Positions 41,986-57,658 of a stretch of DNA of 64,000 nt are shown here, piece after piece. Source of the DNA: Eledone cirrhosa. Lineage: Eukaryota. The translations under genes and the position numbers were made by a program. The notes below the pieces were generated by a model. That model was not told where the DNA came from. It saw only the letters and a list, made by a program, of their open reading frames with translations, and ran no database searches. Positions within the stretch are counted from its first letter, which is position 1, and each line of letters opens with the position of its first letter. The DNA lies in NCBI GenBank assembly GCA_964016885.1, contig OZ024742.1, positions 21,018,001-21,082,000 on the forward strand, written 5' to 3'.

Positions 41986-43747
41986 TTACAAACGATCTCA
42001 TATCATTCAGGACATCAGAAATGGAACGAACATTGATTGGTTTGTTGGAAATGTGTAACCATTGATACTAGTATTCACAACTGAAAATATAAGATGAATA
42101 AAATAAATATATGCCTAAGTGGCTAACTGATAAATTATGTTTCCATAGAAGCACAATAATAGTATTTGCAAAGTAACCTATCTTTTATGTCTTCCATTCA
42201 AGTTTCGGTTTACATTAGTATAGCTTCAATCTCACTGTCTGTTTGTCTCCTTCCCATATTTCTCATGCTCTCATACTTGACTCCAACATATTCACACAAC
42301 TCTATTATGTCCATATGACCTATGCATTATCACTTTAATTTTGCAGAAAAAATATCAGTCTTTCTATTGAATTCACTTATGATATTATCATAAAACTACA
42401 CTTTACACAGAGTGAAAATACATCATAACTATATACATATTTGTGAAAATGTATTATATTACACCTGCTGGATAATTATATCCATAAACTCGTAAATTTT
42501 GCTATACAGCTTTGCATAACTATGAAATAGTTCTGTTTCAATATATTCGTCGGAGTTGATACGAACGGCAGTGCGCCGAACTAATTCAGATAGTTTGAAG
42601 TGAGTCACAATACGGTCTGAATAGAAAGGCACCATTTATATATGATAGAATATAAAATAGTTACCACTAAAATATTATGCTGAATTCGATGGAATATAGA
42701 GGTAAATGTTTAGGCATTGGTCCTTGCTTTGTTAAAAGAAACAAAACATGTAAGAATTCTTTCAATAACACCTAAATGAATTAAATCTTGAGGATGTTGT
42801 TGGCATTGTTGCTGTTAAAGTGTAGTGTAATCGGCCTCTTATATACTTGTATCTCATACGAGTTCTTTTTTGTTGGGGGTGGGGGTTTAATAATACGGGA
42901 GCCCCAGTTTTATCACGAACCCAATTCTCAGGTAACATAAGATGGGATACAGAAACGCATCCTGTCGCACGCTCCAGAAATTCCACTAATTCACTGCCTT
43001 GGACTGGGAATTTATATCGACCCTGAAATAAAGAAGGCAAAGATTATCTTAGCTCGACACACTAATTATTGTATCAAGTCGACGCCAGATATATTATAAC
43101 AGTTATAATGTTCCTAGACCAAATCCAGCTTTACATAAATTACAACTACTACACCTGTAACAATATACATCTATTTTAATTATCATATAATATTTAATTT
43201 AAATTCCCCTCTAACATAATCACAGAAACCTCAAGCTTTAGAGTAAATCTCTTCAACCCCAGTATTTGACTAGTAATTTATCATATAGATGGTTTGTAAT
43301 TAGAATTTAAAATACATAATTTTAACTTTGATGACTTTGATAGATTTCGGCCAGTATTGGCCAAGGCCATGTATAACTCAATAGCACCACCTGGCAAAGC
43401 TTTTCTATCAGGTTTGGACACTATGGTCCACTCAAGTATGGAGTTATTGTTTACGGAGATATATACGGGTGTAGGTGATTTATCTGGGATTTCTTGGAGG
43501 AATTTCTTCAAAGACGTTTTGAATTTTATGGCGTCTGTTTCTGTTTTAATGTTTTGGTGTAAAGTTAAAGAGAGCGAGACCAGTTGAGGTAAAATAACTA
43601 ATTACATTTTGATTACTCTGTCAATCACTCGCTCTCTAGTTAAATATGTTGATGTCGGATTTCGTCACAAAATCAACACGTTTGGGGGAAGTGCAAAGTG
43701 CAAAGTGAAAAATCAATCCTGGTACATAACTGGAACTTTATGTAATC

Positions 43748-45737
43748 TAGAAAATCTTACAGTAGAATAATTAATCATGATCATTACAATAACTTTAATA
43801 AAAGACCTAGATACAAAAACATAATCTGTTATATTGGTCCTTTCTCCACATCTATTAATAATAATATTCCTAAATTATTCTTTAGTGCCTTAAATAAATG
43901 CTTCCCTCCCTCACATATCTATAGTAAAATATTTAACAAACACACTATAAAATTTTCCTATTCGACCTCCTCCAACATCTCCAACATTATCTCTAAACAC
44001 AACAATAAAATACTAAATACTAAATCTCTTCCTTCCAACACTGAATATCATAATAATAGTAATAGTACTCCCGACGTCATTGTTAACTCTAGGCTAATTT
44101 CTGCAAACCCAAATACGTCAAACGCAACTTCGTTAAATGTTCTTAATCCCATTCTAAATCAAGAAACTATTATTCCCATCGTAAATAACTTCTCCAATCC
44201 AATTCCTTCTATAGATAACACTAGGTCACTTGTTAATAACTCTGTTAATTTCTCTAATCGCAATTGTAATTGCCCTGTTAAAAATAAATGTCCTCTCATC
44301 AACCATTGTCTTGAAAAAAACTTAATCTCCGAATGTAAAGTTATAACTGACACCAACTCCTTTACCTATTTTGGCTCCACTCCACCTCCTTTAAAGCTCG
44401 TCTTTATAATCATCATTCGTCTTTTAAATACCAACTTAAAAGAACCAACACGGCACTCTCAGAACTCATATGGTCCTTGAAAGATAAAAATATTAACTAT
44501 AACATCTATTGGAAAAAGGTTTGGTCTACTTCTTCATACTTGTATAGTTCTCTATCCAAGACATGCAATCTCTGTTTATGTGAAAAATTTACCATTATAT
44601 CTAATTTAGATTCTATAATAAATAGACGCACTGACTTGTTTTCTCTCTGCTTGCATAAATTCCACAGAACATTCCATAAAGTATACAGCCAATATCTAAT
44701 AATTTACCAATTTAAAATCCTTTTCTCAAAGGCATATATATATTTATACATATATATTTCTTTAAAAATATACCCATCTTTCTACCTTATTTCAATGTTA
44801 TTTATTATACATTATATAATACTAGTTCCTCATCTGTATCACTCCTATTTATCACTTCCCTTTCTTCCTTTTTCCTTTTTTCTTTTCTTTTTTCTTTTAA
44901 TTTCTAACCTCTAATCTGTACCTTTTCTTCCTAGATACTTCTCAATTCTCATTATTATCCACCACAATATATCCTTACTTTATATCACCTTGAAAAATCC
45001 TTCGTAAAGATAAACATTTTTTTGACGTTAGATTATTCATCCTCAATTCATTATTTTTTCTCCCTTTCATGCTCATCTAACTCATACATATTACACTTAT
45101 TCATACACTCTTCTGCTTCTTTTCACAATATATTCTTAATTACATTACTATTGTTATATTTTTATACTTTTTAATAATACATATCAACAATTTCTTTCCA
45201 TCGCAATATTATTAAACCCTTAAATATTATTCTTAATACATATTAACAATTTCTTTTCATCGCACATATTATTAAACCCTTCAATATACAAACATTAATT
45301 TAACACATTATTCTAACATTTTCTCTTCGTTAATTTTCAAATTCTTTTAATTCATATATTATCTTCCAACGGTTTTTTAACCTCTCTATGTAAAACAATA
45401 TATTTTTCTCAGTTATAAAAGCTATCTCTCTCTCCCTATCACCTATCTCATCCTTCCTCATTATACTCATCCCCCTCCATTTTAACTCTCATCTCCTCCT
45501 CTTTTTCATCCTTTCCAACAGCCCCCCTCGATTTTTTCCCCAATATCACACACCAATCCAAAACTACTTTTCATATGTTGATTTAAAACTTCACTATTCA
45601 CAAGTGTTTTTTAACCTTCATATCATGTCCCCCTATTTTATCTGACGAAAACGCAAATGTTATCGCATGATGATATTTGTTTTTGAAATGCGCATAATAA
45701 AATACATGGAACTCTTTTAACCATCTTTTGATCTTAT
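43748..45737 (+). mobile_element. PLE family C 3' fragment (decayed Naiad-like ORF about 43749-44690, 3' UTR, hammerhead)
   Basis: KCFPPSHIYSKIFNKHTIKFSYS, CNCPVKNKCPLINHC, CNLCLCEKFTI...INRRTDLFSLCLH; ends at (TA)n. Confidence 0.85.
45634..45704 (+). ncRNA. Type I hammerhead ribozyme at the 3' end of PLE family C
   Basis: tattttat CTGACGA aaacgcaaatgttatc gcat gatgatatttgttttt GAAA TGCGCA TA ataaaata. Stem I is 8 bp, stem II is long, stem III is palindromic. Confidence 0.85.
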
Positions 45738-45765
45738 ATATTATATATATATTATATATATATAT

Positions 45766-45854
<89 letters not shown>

Positions 45855-46093
45855 TATATATATATATATATATTATGTATATAATATATATATAGATATT
45901 ATATATATATATAGTATAGAGCAGTTTAATAAATAAATATTGACACACCCTTAAAGAATGCGACTATTACTGTTGGAAGCTCCCGGGTGCTTCCAACAGC
46001 TATAATATATATATATATTATATATATATATATTATATATATATATATTATATATATATATATATATTATATATATTATATATATATATATAA

Positions 46094-46174
<81 letters not shown>

Positions 46175-46196
46175 TATATTAGATATATGTATATAA

Positions 46197-46249
<53 letters not shown>

Positions 46250-46253
<4 letters not shown>

Positions 46254-46414
46254 CAAGGAGGGTGTGGTAATATACCAGGTGGACCATAACGCACCACAGT
46301 ACTAGATATTTAGGGTATAATAGTGGGTAATAGGAAATGAGTCAGGATACCGACACCTGAGCTCCGGTCGTTTCGACAGCTAGCTCAGCCGTAGGGGTCC
46401 TGACTTTCTTCCTA
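46250..46414 (-). mobile_element. Family D fold-back element, diverged
   Basis: Tail ggtggaccataacgcaccacagtact... plus an imperfect hairpin ending ttcctat-(TA)n. Confidence 0.7.
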
Positions 46415-46461
46415 TATATATATATCAATATATATATATATATATATCGATATATATATAC

Positions 46462-46974
46462 TTCGTTTTTAATTTGTTTTTCAAGATTTTTTATCTGAAA
46501 ATATGTGTTGAAACAGATATTGTTATAATTTGGGAGCGTTATGCTGCCGATAAGAACACATGCACCTGTTGGTTTTCACTTCAATTTATCATACGTTTCC
46601 GGTCGGTTGGTTGGGTTGATAACCGGACGGTTGTTTATATGTTGTTAAAGCTCTTTTGTTACACATTTTGTGACCTCCTCAGTGACTAGGTTTTCATTTA
46701 CACCCGGATGTAACGCACGAGCCAATTAAGCACACAACACACAACACACAAAATCAAGATGGTGTAGGATAGAACAAATAAGAAACATTAAATAAAAACC
46801 TAGTCATTGAGCAGGTCACAGAATGTGTGATGAAAGAGCTTTAACAATATATAAACAACCATCCGGTTATCGAACCGACCAAACGACTGGAAATTTATAA
46901 TAAATTGAAGAGAAAACCAACCAATAGTTGCGTGTGTTTTTATTGGCAGCATGAACCTTCCAAAGTATAACAAT
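46462..46974 (+). mobile_element. Family E two-arm insertion, diverged
   Basis: Left arm 46462-46692 is inverted and carries the tail; the right arm ends caaagtataacaat-(TA)n. Confidence 0.8.
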
Positions 46975-47004
46975 ATATGTATGTATGTATATATATAGAT
47001 GCAT

Positions 47005-47370
47005 AGGAGAAGGAAAACTCTGATATAACACCTGCAACCCTGATGGTATCCAATGATGTTGACTTGTTCTTCTTTTTGGTAAATATCATCTTGGTTAAGA
47101 GAGTTGGACTGGCTTTGTGCAGTGCCTTTGCTCACTATAAAAGCTTCACGGCACAGGCATTGCTTTGTATCTGGAGATCTCTCTGCACTTGTCGTCACAT
47201 GGTACCATGTACACTATGTGTCAATAATTGTCACAAGTGTAGTGTTTGTGCCAGAGTTTTCAAGTCGCTGGCTGGACTAAAATGTCACACTCGTTCAGTG
47301 CATCGGTAGGGGTTCTCCTACATGGATATAAAGTAGTGGCCGTACTAGAAAACGAGTTGGCGGCCACCAT
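47005..47370 (+). mobile_element. Second copy of the RTE-like non-autonomous element
   Basis: Matches 18416-18785 and encodes HKCSVCARVFKSLAGLKCHTRSVHR*. Confidence 0.7.
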
Positions 47371-47433
47371 ATAGATACATATATATACATAAAAACATAT
47401 ATATATATTATGCATACATACATATGTGTGTGT

Positions 47434-47507
<74 letters not shown>

Positions 47508-47934
47508 ATGTGTGCATGCAACATGTCGAGAGACGCTATATAAATAACAAATAATAAAAAATTATTTTCTTCGTAAATGTGAAGAATGACATTCGACAGT
47601 AGAACATCTCCCTTTTATTATCTATATGGTACACAGCATCTCATGATTGTATAATTTTTCTAAGTTGGAATATTTGATGAAGCATATGTTATTATCTCGT
47701 CATAGACGTTACATGAATATAGCTGAAACATCAAAATACTAATATCCATCTTTTACTTTGATATGACATAAACAAAACTTCCATTGCACACACTGGTAGT
47801 TATTTGAAGTTTGCTTTCCATAATGGTATTGTGCATGAAAAAGATGGAAATAGTTTTCTCAATTTCCAAGTCTGTAAAACTTATGCTGTGTTTTGTTTTA
47901 AGGGAATGTATTAGTATATATTAACTTGAGGGGG

Positions 47935-48150
47935 AAGCGTGGTGGATCGGCAGATTTAGTAGAGCATTGAATGAAATACTATTGCTTTGCTAGTTCTGGT
48001 TCTTTCCTTTCTGTATTTAAATCTTGTCGAGATCAACGTGTATTTTATCCTTCCGGGTTCGATTACATAAAGTTCCAGTTATGTACGAGGATTGATTTTT
48101 CACCTTTGCACTTCCCCCAAACGTGTTGATTTTGTGACAAAATCCGACAT
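47935..48150 (+). mobile_element. Old tRNA-SINE; its 3' half is duplicated at 43655-43747
   Basis: gcgtggtggatcggcag head and cttccgggttcgattacataaagttccag core variant. Confidence 0.6.
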
Positions 48151-48214
48151 CAACATATTTAACTAGAGGGCGAGTGATTGACAGAGTAATCAAAAAGTAA
48201 TTAGTTATTTTACC

Positions 48215-48480
48215 TCAACTGGTCTCGCTCTCTTTAACTTTACACCAAAACATTAAAACAGAAACAGACGCCATAAAATTCAAAACGTCTTTGAAGAAAT
48301 TCCTCCAAGAAATCCCAGATAAATCACCTACACCCGTATATATCTCCGTAAACAATAACTCCATACTTCAGTGGACCATAGTGTCCAAAACCTGATAGAA
48401 AAGCTTTGCCAGGTGGTGCTATTGAGTTATACATGGCCTTGGCCAATACTGGCCGAAATCTATCAAAGTCATCAAAGTTA
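48215..48480 (+). mobile_element. CR1-like LINE 3' end (mirrored at about 43320-43595)
   Basis: FKTSLKKFLQEIPDKSPTPVYISVNNNSIL resembles CR1-group C-termini, followed by a short tandem tail atcaaagtc. Confidence 0.55.
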
Positions 48481-49942
48481 AAATTATGTATTTTAAATTC
48501 TAATTACAAACCATCTATATGATAAATTACTAGTCAAATACTGGGGTTGAAGAGATTTACTCTAAAGCTTGAGGTTTCTGTGATTATGTTAGAGGGGAAT
48601 TTAAATTAAATATTATATGATAATTAAAATAGATGTATATTGTTACAGGTGTAGTAGTTGTAATTTATGTAAAGCTGGATTTGGTCTAGGAACATTATAA
48701 CTGTTATAATATATCTGGCGTCGACTTGATACAATAATTAGTGTGTCGAGCTAAGATAATCTTTGCCTTCTTTATTTCAGGGTCGATATAAATTCCCAGT
48801 CCAAGGCAGTGAATTAGTGGAATTTGTTGAGCGTGCGACAGGATGCGTTTCTGTATCCCATCTTATGTTACCTGAGAATTGGGTTCGTGATAAAACTGGG
48901 GCTCCCGTATTATTAAACCCCCACCCCCAACAAAAAAGAACTGGTATGAGATACAAGTATATAAGAGGCCGATTACACTACACTTTAACAGCAACAATGC
49001 CAACAACATCCTCAAGATTTAATTCATTTAGGTGTTATTAAAAGAATTCTTACATGTTTTGTTTCTTTTAACAAAGCAAGGACCAATGCCTAAACATTTA
49101 CCTCTATATTCCATCGAATTCACCATAATATTTTAGTGGTAACTATTTTATATTCTATCATATATAAATGGTGCCTTTCTATTCAGACCGTATTGTGACT
49201 CACTTCAAACTATCTGAATTAGTCCGGCGCACTGCCGTTCGTATCAACTCCGACGAATATATTGAAACAGAACTATTTCATAGTTATGCAAAGCTGTATA
49301 GCAAAATTTACGAGTTTATGGATATAATTATCCAGCAGGTATAATATAATACATTTTCACAAATATGTATATAGTTATGATGTATTTTCAATCTGTGTAA
49401 AGTATAGTTTTATGATAATATCATAAGTGAATTCAATAGAAAGACTGATATTTTTTCTGCAAAATTAAAGTGATAATACATAGGTCATATGGACATAAAA
49501 GAGTTGTGTGAATATGTTGGAGTCAAGTATGAGAGCATGGGAAATATGGGAAGGAGACAAACAGACAGTGAGATTGAAGCTATACTAATGTAAACCGAAA
49601 CTTGGAAGACATAAAAGATAGGTTACTTTGCAAATACTATTATTGTGCTTCTATGGAAACATAATTTATCAGTTAGCCACTTAGGCATATATTTATTTTA
49701 TTCATCTTATATTTTCAGTTGTGAATACTAGTATCAATGGTTACAGATTTCCAACAAACCAATCAATGTTCGTTCCATTTCTGATGTCCTAAATGATATG
49801 AGATCGTTTGTAACTTGAGAGTATTGCTTTAAAGAGCGAGGACGTTCTTGCCGTAGTATATTAGTTTTCTTTATTCACGGAACAAAAGCAAACACCTATA
49901 GACATACACATAGCACCTCACTCACACACGCATACCCCCCCC

Positions 49943-50004
<62 letters not shown>

Positions 50005-50066
50005 CACACACACATATATATATACAATATATTAATAATTGGAAAGTATATTTATAAAACCATATT

Positions 50067-50132
50067 TATTTTCTTATATATATTTCAAGGGCAACCAAGG
50101 CAAATTATGGTGCGCTTTCATCAGATAAAATA
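50067..50132 (-). ncRNA. Type I hammerhead ribozyme (inverted arm)
   Basis: Minus strand: tattttat CTGATGA aagcgcacca...tggttgccctt GAAA TATATA TA agaaaata. Confidence 0.7.
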
Positions 50133-50257
50133 CAGATTTGTTTTATAAATAAATATTGACATACCCGGAAAAAAAGACAACCGTTAAGGTTGTCTTTTTT
50201 TTCCGGGTATCTCTTTTTTTTCCTGGTATGTCAATATTTATTTATAAAACAAATCTG

Positions 50258-50323
50258 TATTTTATCTGATGAAAGCGCACTATAATTTGCCTTGGTTGCC
50301 CTTGAAATGTGTATAATAAAATA
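50258..50323 (+). ncRNA. Type I hammerhead ribozyme
   Basis: tattttat CTGATGA aagcgcac...gttgccctt GAAA TGTGTA TA ataaaata; same stem I as the motif at 45634. Confidence 0.75.
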
Positions 50324-50454
50324 AATATGGTTTTATAAATATAGTTTCCATTTATTAATATATTGTGTATTTACTCCACTAATCTGTTGAGTGTTTTAGA
50401 TCAGTTATACACATGTTTAAGCTTGTTGAATCCCAACAAATTAAATATAATCTC

Positions 50455-50525
<71 letters not shown>

Positions 50526-51328
50526 TATTTATTTTCATACACGGAACAAAAAGCGCTAACTAATATTTCAAGGACTATTAGATTTTTATATCCCAATGGA
50601 CGATGAAACCGTGTATGTAGACCCAATCATTGGAAGTAAGTTTAATATGGTGTGGATAGATATTTATTCGATATGCGAGTATATTTGTTTTGATGGACAA
50701 TCATTGCCAATTCCAATGGTGTTTATCTTATTAACACTTCATTTTTGCCTGTGGTCAAAGGATATATATCTCAAATGGCATAATCAACGTAGCTGTAAAT
50801 AAATATCACACAGTAGATTCAAGTCCATTGTCATACAATTTGACAAGATACTATACATTATGACTAGTAACAAGATTTCATAACAATAAATAAAAACTCT
50901 GTGTTATCACATTATTGATTCTAATTATCCGACTAGCAATCACAATGCAATATTGATTCTAGACAATAAATATACAACCATAGAAATATATTTAAAAAAC
51001 AAACTTACGTACATGTAGATATGTCCGAAGAGGAGTAGATTCCTACTGTATATAATATAGAAGTCTTCTAGTGGAATATTCTATTTGGTTCTGGAAATAA
51101 TATAAAAGACATAATATGTTCCTTATTGTCTTAAAGTAAATGCAACAAAATCAAATAACAGAATTGCTTCAATATTTATCTACGTAAGAATACATTTATC
51201 AACAACTTATTGGACATATATAATAAATTATGAAAGCAGGAATTTTTTGTTCATATGAGTTATAGCTTTACTTCTAGTTTTCGAGTAAAATACGAAAATA
51301 TTTTAGGAAAGACGTATTGACAACATCG

Positions 51329-52012
<684 letters not shown>

Positions 52013-52062
52013 ACTTATTTACTAAATATACATATATATATATGTGTGTGTGTGTGTGTGTT

Positions 52063-52104
<42 letters not shown>

Positions 52105-52354
52105 TGTCTGTGTGTGGGGTGTGTGTGTGTGGGGGGGGGGGGGTGAAACGTAAACAGAAATAAGAATGCAAAACAATACAGTACATTGAAGAAATATATT
52201 AGTTTAATGCTTGCAATAGCAGGAAAATTTTATATGGAAAAGGGGAAAGAAACTTCTACGTGTCGGATCTCAGCCCTTCTTCAGGAGTACAAAAGCAGAG
52301 ACAGGATCATGAAAGATCGATACAGAAAATAGAAGGTAGTCCTTAGTATTAAAA

Positions 52355-52426
<72 letters not shown>

Positions 52427-52689
52427 AATAGAATGAAACGAAATTTCATTTCTCACTCTTAGTACGGCAGTTACTTAAATGTAAGTATGTATGTATGTAT
52501 ACGTACACACATATATGTATAATTCGGGCTGTTTGTTTGTTTACAAACAAACCGAGCATTATAATAAATGTTTGGTAAACCGATACGTGCATATATATAT
52601 ATGTGTGCATGTATGTATATATATATATACATACTACTGTACGTCTGTATACATATATTCTAAGGCGGGTAAAATTCCCGAGATCCATG

Positions 52690-54125
52690 GACGAGTTCTC
52701 TTCAGCGGTCTCTGTCCCTCATTATCGCTGCCATGTCCTGTGTCTCCAATAGACCAGTGTCTGTCCTTAGGGCATCAACATACGTTAACCTTGGTCTTCC
52801 TCTTCTAGTGTGTCCATGTAGGGGCTCCCAAGGGAGCACTGAGTGCAATGTCAACTCTGGATGTCGGTGAGCATGTCCAGCTAACCTCAGTCTCCTCTGT
52901 GTCACTTTTGAGCTGACTTTTCGGATGCTCCCATACAGCTCTGAGTTTTTCATCCTCAGTGTATACTGATTAATGTTCAGAGCCATCCTCAGCATTCTTG
53001 TGTAGCAGCCAACCACCATCTGAGTGAGTTTCCTGGTCAGTGTCCAAGTCTCAGACCCATACAGCAGCACAGACTCCACTACAGCAATGAAGGGCGGACC
53101 TTCAGGTCTCTACGAAGGTCCGACCTCCACACCGATCTCAAGCTGTGGCACGCCACCCAGGCCTTGCTATTCCTCTCAACCACATCATCTTCCGTATTCC
53201 CAATCTTTGCTCCCAAATACAGGAATTCTAGCGGCTTCCCGCCTACATTGGTGATCCCCTCTGGCTTCTCAACATTCTCTACCAGATATTTTGTTTTAGT
53301 CTCATTCATTCTCAGCCCCACACTCATCGACACAGTCTCAACCTCCCGCATCAAATCCTCTGCCTCCGTCACTGTATTTGTCACCAAAACTATGTCGTCG
53401 GCAAATTCAGCATCCGATACCTTTTTCGCCCTAACTCTCCTGCTCTGAGCCGGTGCCACAGTAAAGCCAGAGTCCTGGTGTTTCTCCAGTGCAAGGCGCA
53501 TACAATAGTCCACTACGATGATAAAAAGGTAGGGAGCCAATGTATCTCCCTGGAGCATTCCAGCCAGTATCTCAAAGAACTCTGTCATCCCATCAGGTGT
53601 AATGACTTGGGATTTGGTGTTGGTGTAAGCAGTGATATCAGGTCCACTATCCTCTTGGGGATTCCATAAGCCTGTAAGATCTTCATCAGGCAGTAATGGT
53701 CCACAGAATCAAAGGCCTTCCTAAAGTCAATGAAAACCATGACCGCAGGAAGGCACTTTTCTCTAGCTCCCTCTAATATCCTCCTCAGCATCAGCATGTG
53801 ACTGGTGGTTGATCTACCCTCTGTGAAGCCGTTCTGGTTGTCCCTGAGCTTCTTCTCCATCCCAGGCTGGATCCTGTTAAGAATCATCCTGTTGAGGGTC
53901 TTTGCCACAAGTGACGTCAGTGAGATTCCCCTGTAGTTGTTGGTGTTAGAGAGATCTCCCTTCTTTGGCGCTGGGACGATGTTACTGATCCTCCACTGAT
54001 TCGGGGCAACTCCTTTCTCTAGTGCCCCGTTACAGAACCCCAGGATGATATCATCAAAATCACACCTCTTCATCACCTCTGATGCCACTCCATCTTCTCC
54101 ATGAGCCTTGGCTACCATCTCACTC
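52690..54125 (-). mobile_element. RTE-clade LINE reverse transcriptase fragment, frameshifted
   Basis: PKKGDLS..NYRGISLTS, QNGF..GRST, FIDFRKAFDSVDH, GMLQGDTLAPYLF, EFADDI, LLYGSETW, LRLAGH. Confidence 0.93.
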
Positions 54126-54586
54126 AACAAACATTAGGATATACCTTAGTATAAGCCCAATGTTATGCTTGGGGTGCTAACTATATGTATTTTGCGGAAA
54201 GCCAGTTGTATTATTTTATATGAGACATAATTAAAATTAAAATATATCTCCCTTTCCAAACAATTGTTTCATTATAAGATTTCTACAAGTTGGGAGTATG
54301 TGTCCGGGTTATGTAGAAGCCTGCACATTTTTCTGTAAGAAGATATGCAGGTGGGCACTTATAAATCATCAGTGGATGCCCGTCAAACATTGATATAAGA
54401 AAAAATCTCTTACCGATGTTAGTTTTCGTGTCAGCAATTGTCCCTTCTCGCATCATAATGACCGCCAAATTTGAAATTCCAGCAGTCTCAGAATGAGGAA
54501 TTTCACAGCGTCACGAAGCGGAAAAGGGAGGTAATCGCGAAACACAAGAAAGTAAAATAATTTACACGTGGGTCAATTAATTTTTT

Positions 54587-55551
<965 letters not shown>

Positions 55552-56259
55552 CATATATATATATATATACATGTATATTCTTCTAATAGTACAACTAACC
55601 GTGTGGATTATATTCTAGAAACTAATTATATTTACCGTTATTTTCACTTAGCTGCGTTTAACTAATACCCTACAGGACACACAAACTTAGGTTAGGAATA
55701 ACATACTTTCAAACTAAGTATTACATGCTTTGTTTAATGCCCAAGCTTTTCATTTTTTTAAAACCTTTCTTCGCTAAGAGAATTTAATTCTTCCAAAATT
55801 CTGATCGGTATTTTTCAATCATATACCAGAGTGTTTTCCCCTTTCACGAAATAACATGGATTTACTGATACAAATCGATTGTTATCCAGTTAAACAATAT
55901 TGGTTTTTAACATCCTTCGCTATACAGAATATTACATATTGTTCAACGAATCCATTATATTATTTTTCAAATGGGATTGAGTTGAAAAGCGTAACTGCTG
56001 GAATTTCAACGACTTCATTTATTTAAGGACAATGACAAATGTTTAAGTCTAAAATTATGCATAAAACAACATCCTAAAATAACATATTGTATTATTTTAA
56101 TAGTCAACCATAATGCCTACAAAAATGTATCTTCCCCCGGAAAAATACAACCGTTCAAACGATATCCTTATAAGGAAACTTGCTTAATATACCCACTCTT
56201 AGTATAATTTATTCTCATTAAGGTACAAGACTAACGAGTGTGACAATGGAGAATGTTGA

Positions 56260-57160
56260 TTAAATCTACCCCAGTACTTCACTGGTATTTTCTTTCATCG
56301 CACTCGGAAGGATGAAAGGCCAAATCAACATAGGTGTGATTTGATATCAGAATGTAAAGTGCCGGTAATCCTGCCTATGTATTATTGTTTCTAATATTGG
56401 CACAGTACCGGTAATTTAGGGGAAAGGGAACACCGATTAAACTGAACCCATTAAGTTACTCGTACTTTGTTTTTTCCGCACTGGAAGGAAATAAGTCAAA
56501 GTTAACCCCGGCGGAATTTGAAATCAGAACATAAAGACCCCGAACAAATACGCATTTCTCTACCGGGACTAATGTTTCTAGTTTAGTCAGTTGGTCAACA
56601 ATTTAGAGGGGTGGGGAAAGTCGATTAAATTGACTCCAGTGTGACACGCGTACTTTATTTAATGCACCTCAGGAACATGTAGGGCAAAGTTGACCTCAGC
56701 GGAATTTGAATTCAGAACATAAAGAGACTGAGTAAATAATTGTTTCTACTTTAGGCACAAGGCCAGCAATTACCCAGTGCATTACTGGTACTTTATTTTA
56801 TCGACCCCGTAAGGATGAAAGGCAAAGTCAACCTCGGCGGGATTTGAACTCAGATCGTAAAGCGACGTAACTATGCTGGAAAGCATGGCGTCCGACCCTC
56901 TACTTATACTGCCAACCCACGCCCTTCAGCGACTGAGTAAATAATGCTACATAGATGTCCATCCGGTCTGAATATTATGGTTTCTGATTTAGGCACAATG
57001 CCAGCAATTTTGGGGATGAGAAAGTCGATTATATCGATCCAGTATATGAGTGGTACATTATTTTATCGACCCCGTAAGGATGAAAGGCAAAGTTAACATC
57101 GGCGGGATTTGAACTCAAAATGTAAAGGGCTGTAAATCTATGCCGCGAATCCACCGCCCT
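56260..57160 (-). mobile_element. Cluster of five co-oriented tRNA-SINE copies of differing divergence
   Basis: Core repeated near 56300, 56480, 56670, 56800 and 57070. The 56738-56925 copy interrupts another and is flanked by gactgagtaaataat repeats. Confidence 0.85.
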
Positions 57161-57627
57161 CGTTCTGAATATAATGAAACCCATTTTATCTATATCGTCT
57201 CTGAACACATTCGCTATAAAATTGATAACCAATTCTTTTGCCAATTTATAACAATCGTATCATCAAAATGACACTGACACTATATACTTTCCAATACTCA
57301 AATATATCAAAATAGTATTTCTGGACATGCAAATATATCAATTGACGCCACCGATATAATAGCTGATATTTAATGTACTTGTGACCCTAGCTGAGTTGGT
57401 TCAATGTCCCATTCATAAGAGAAATTCGTTTATAAGACAGAATAATTGTTGCATTAAGACAAACCATTTCTCAGATATTGGAATATTGGTTTGGCTACGT
57501 AACATAAAGACAACTATATAATATTGAATACATCAAGGTACACATAAGCACTCACTCACACACAGACACACATAGACACACACACATATTATGTTATATA
57601 TATGTATATATATACAGTGATAAAAGG

Positions 57628-57658
<31 letters not shown>

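Larger units (their letters stand above)
41985..49814. repeat. Inverted duplication with 1.76 kb arms (41985-43747 and 48061-49814)
   Basis: Near-identical 92-aa ORFs at 42762- and 48763+. The arm ends gttacaaacgatctc/gagatcgtttgtaac and tttatgtaatc/gattacataaa match. Confidence 0.93.
50025..50458 (+). mobile_element. Fold-back element with a hammerhead in each arm and a tail at 50366-50458
   Basis: 50025-50177 is the reverse complement of 50214-50365; flanked by (TA)n. Confidence 0.85.

Noticed and set aside
42762-49041. Duplicated 92-aa ORF
   Set aside because: It has no ATG start and no recognisable domain; the identity only reflects the inverted duplication.
56260-57160. CRISPR-like repeat-spacer array
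   Set aside because: The context is eukaryotic, the units are divergent 150-200 bp SINEs, and there are no cas genes.
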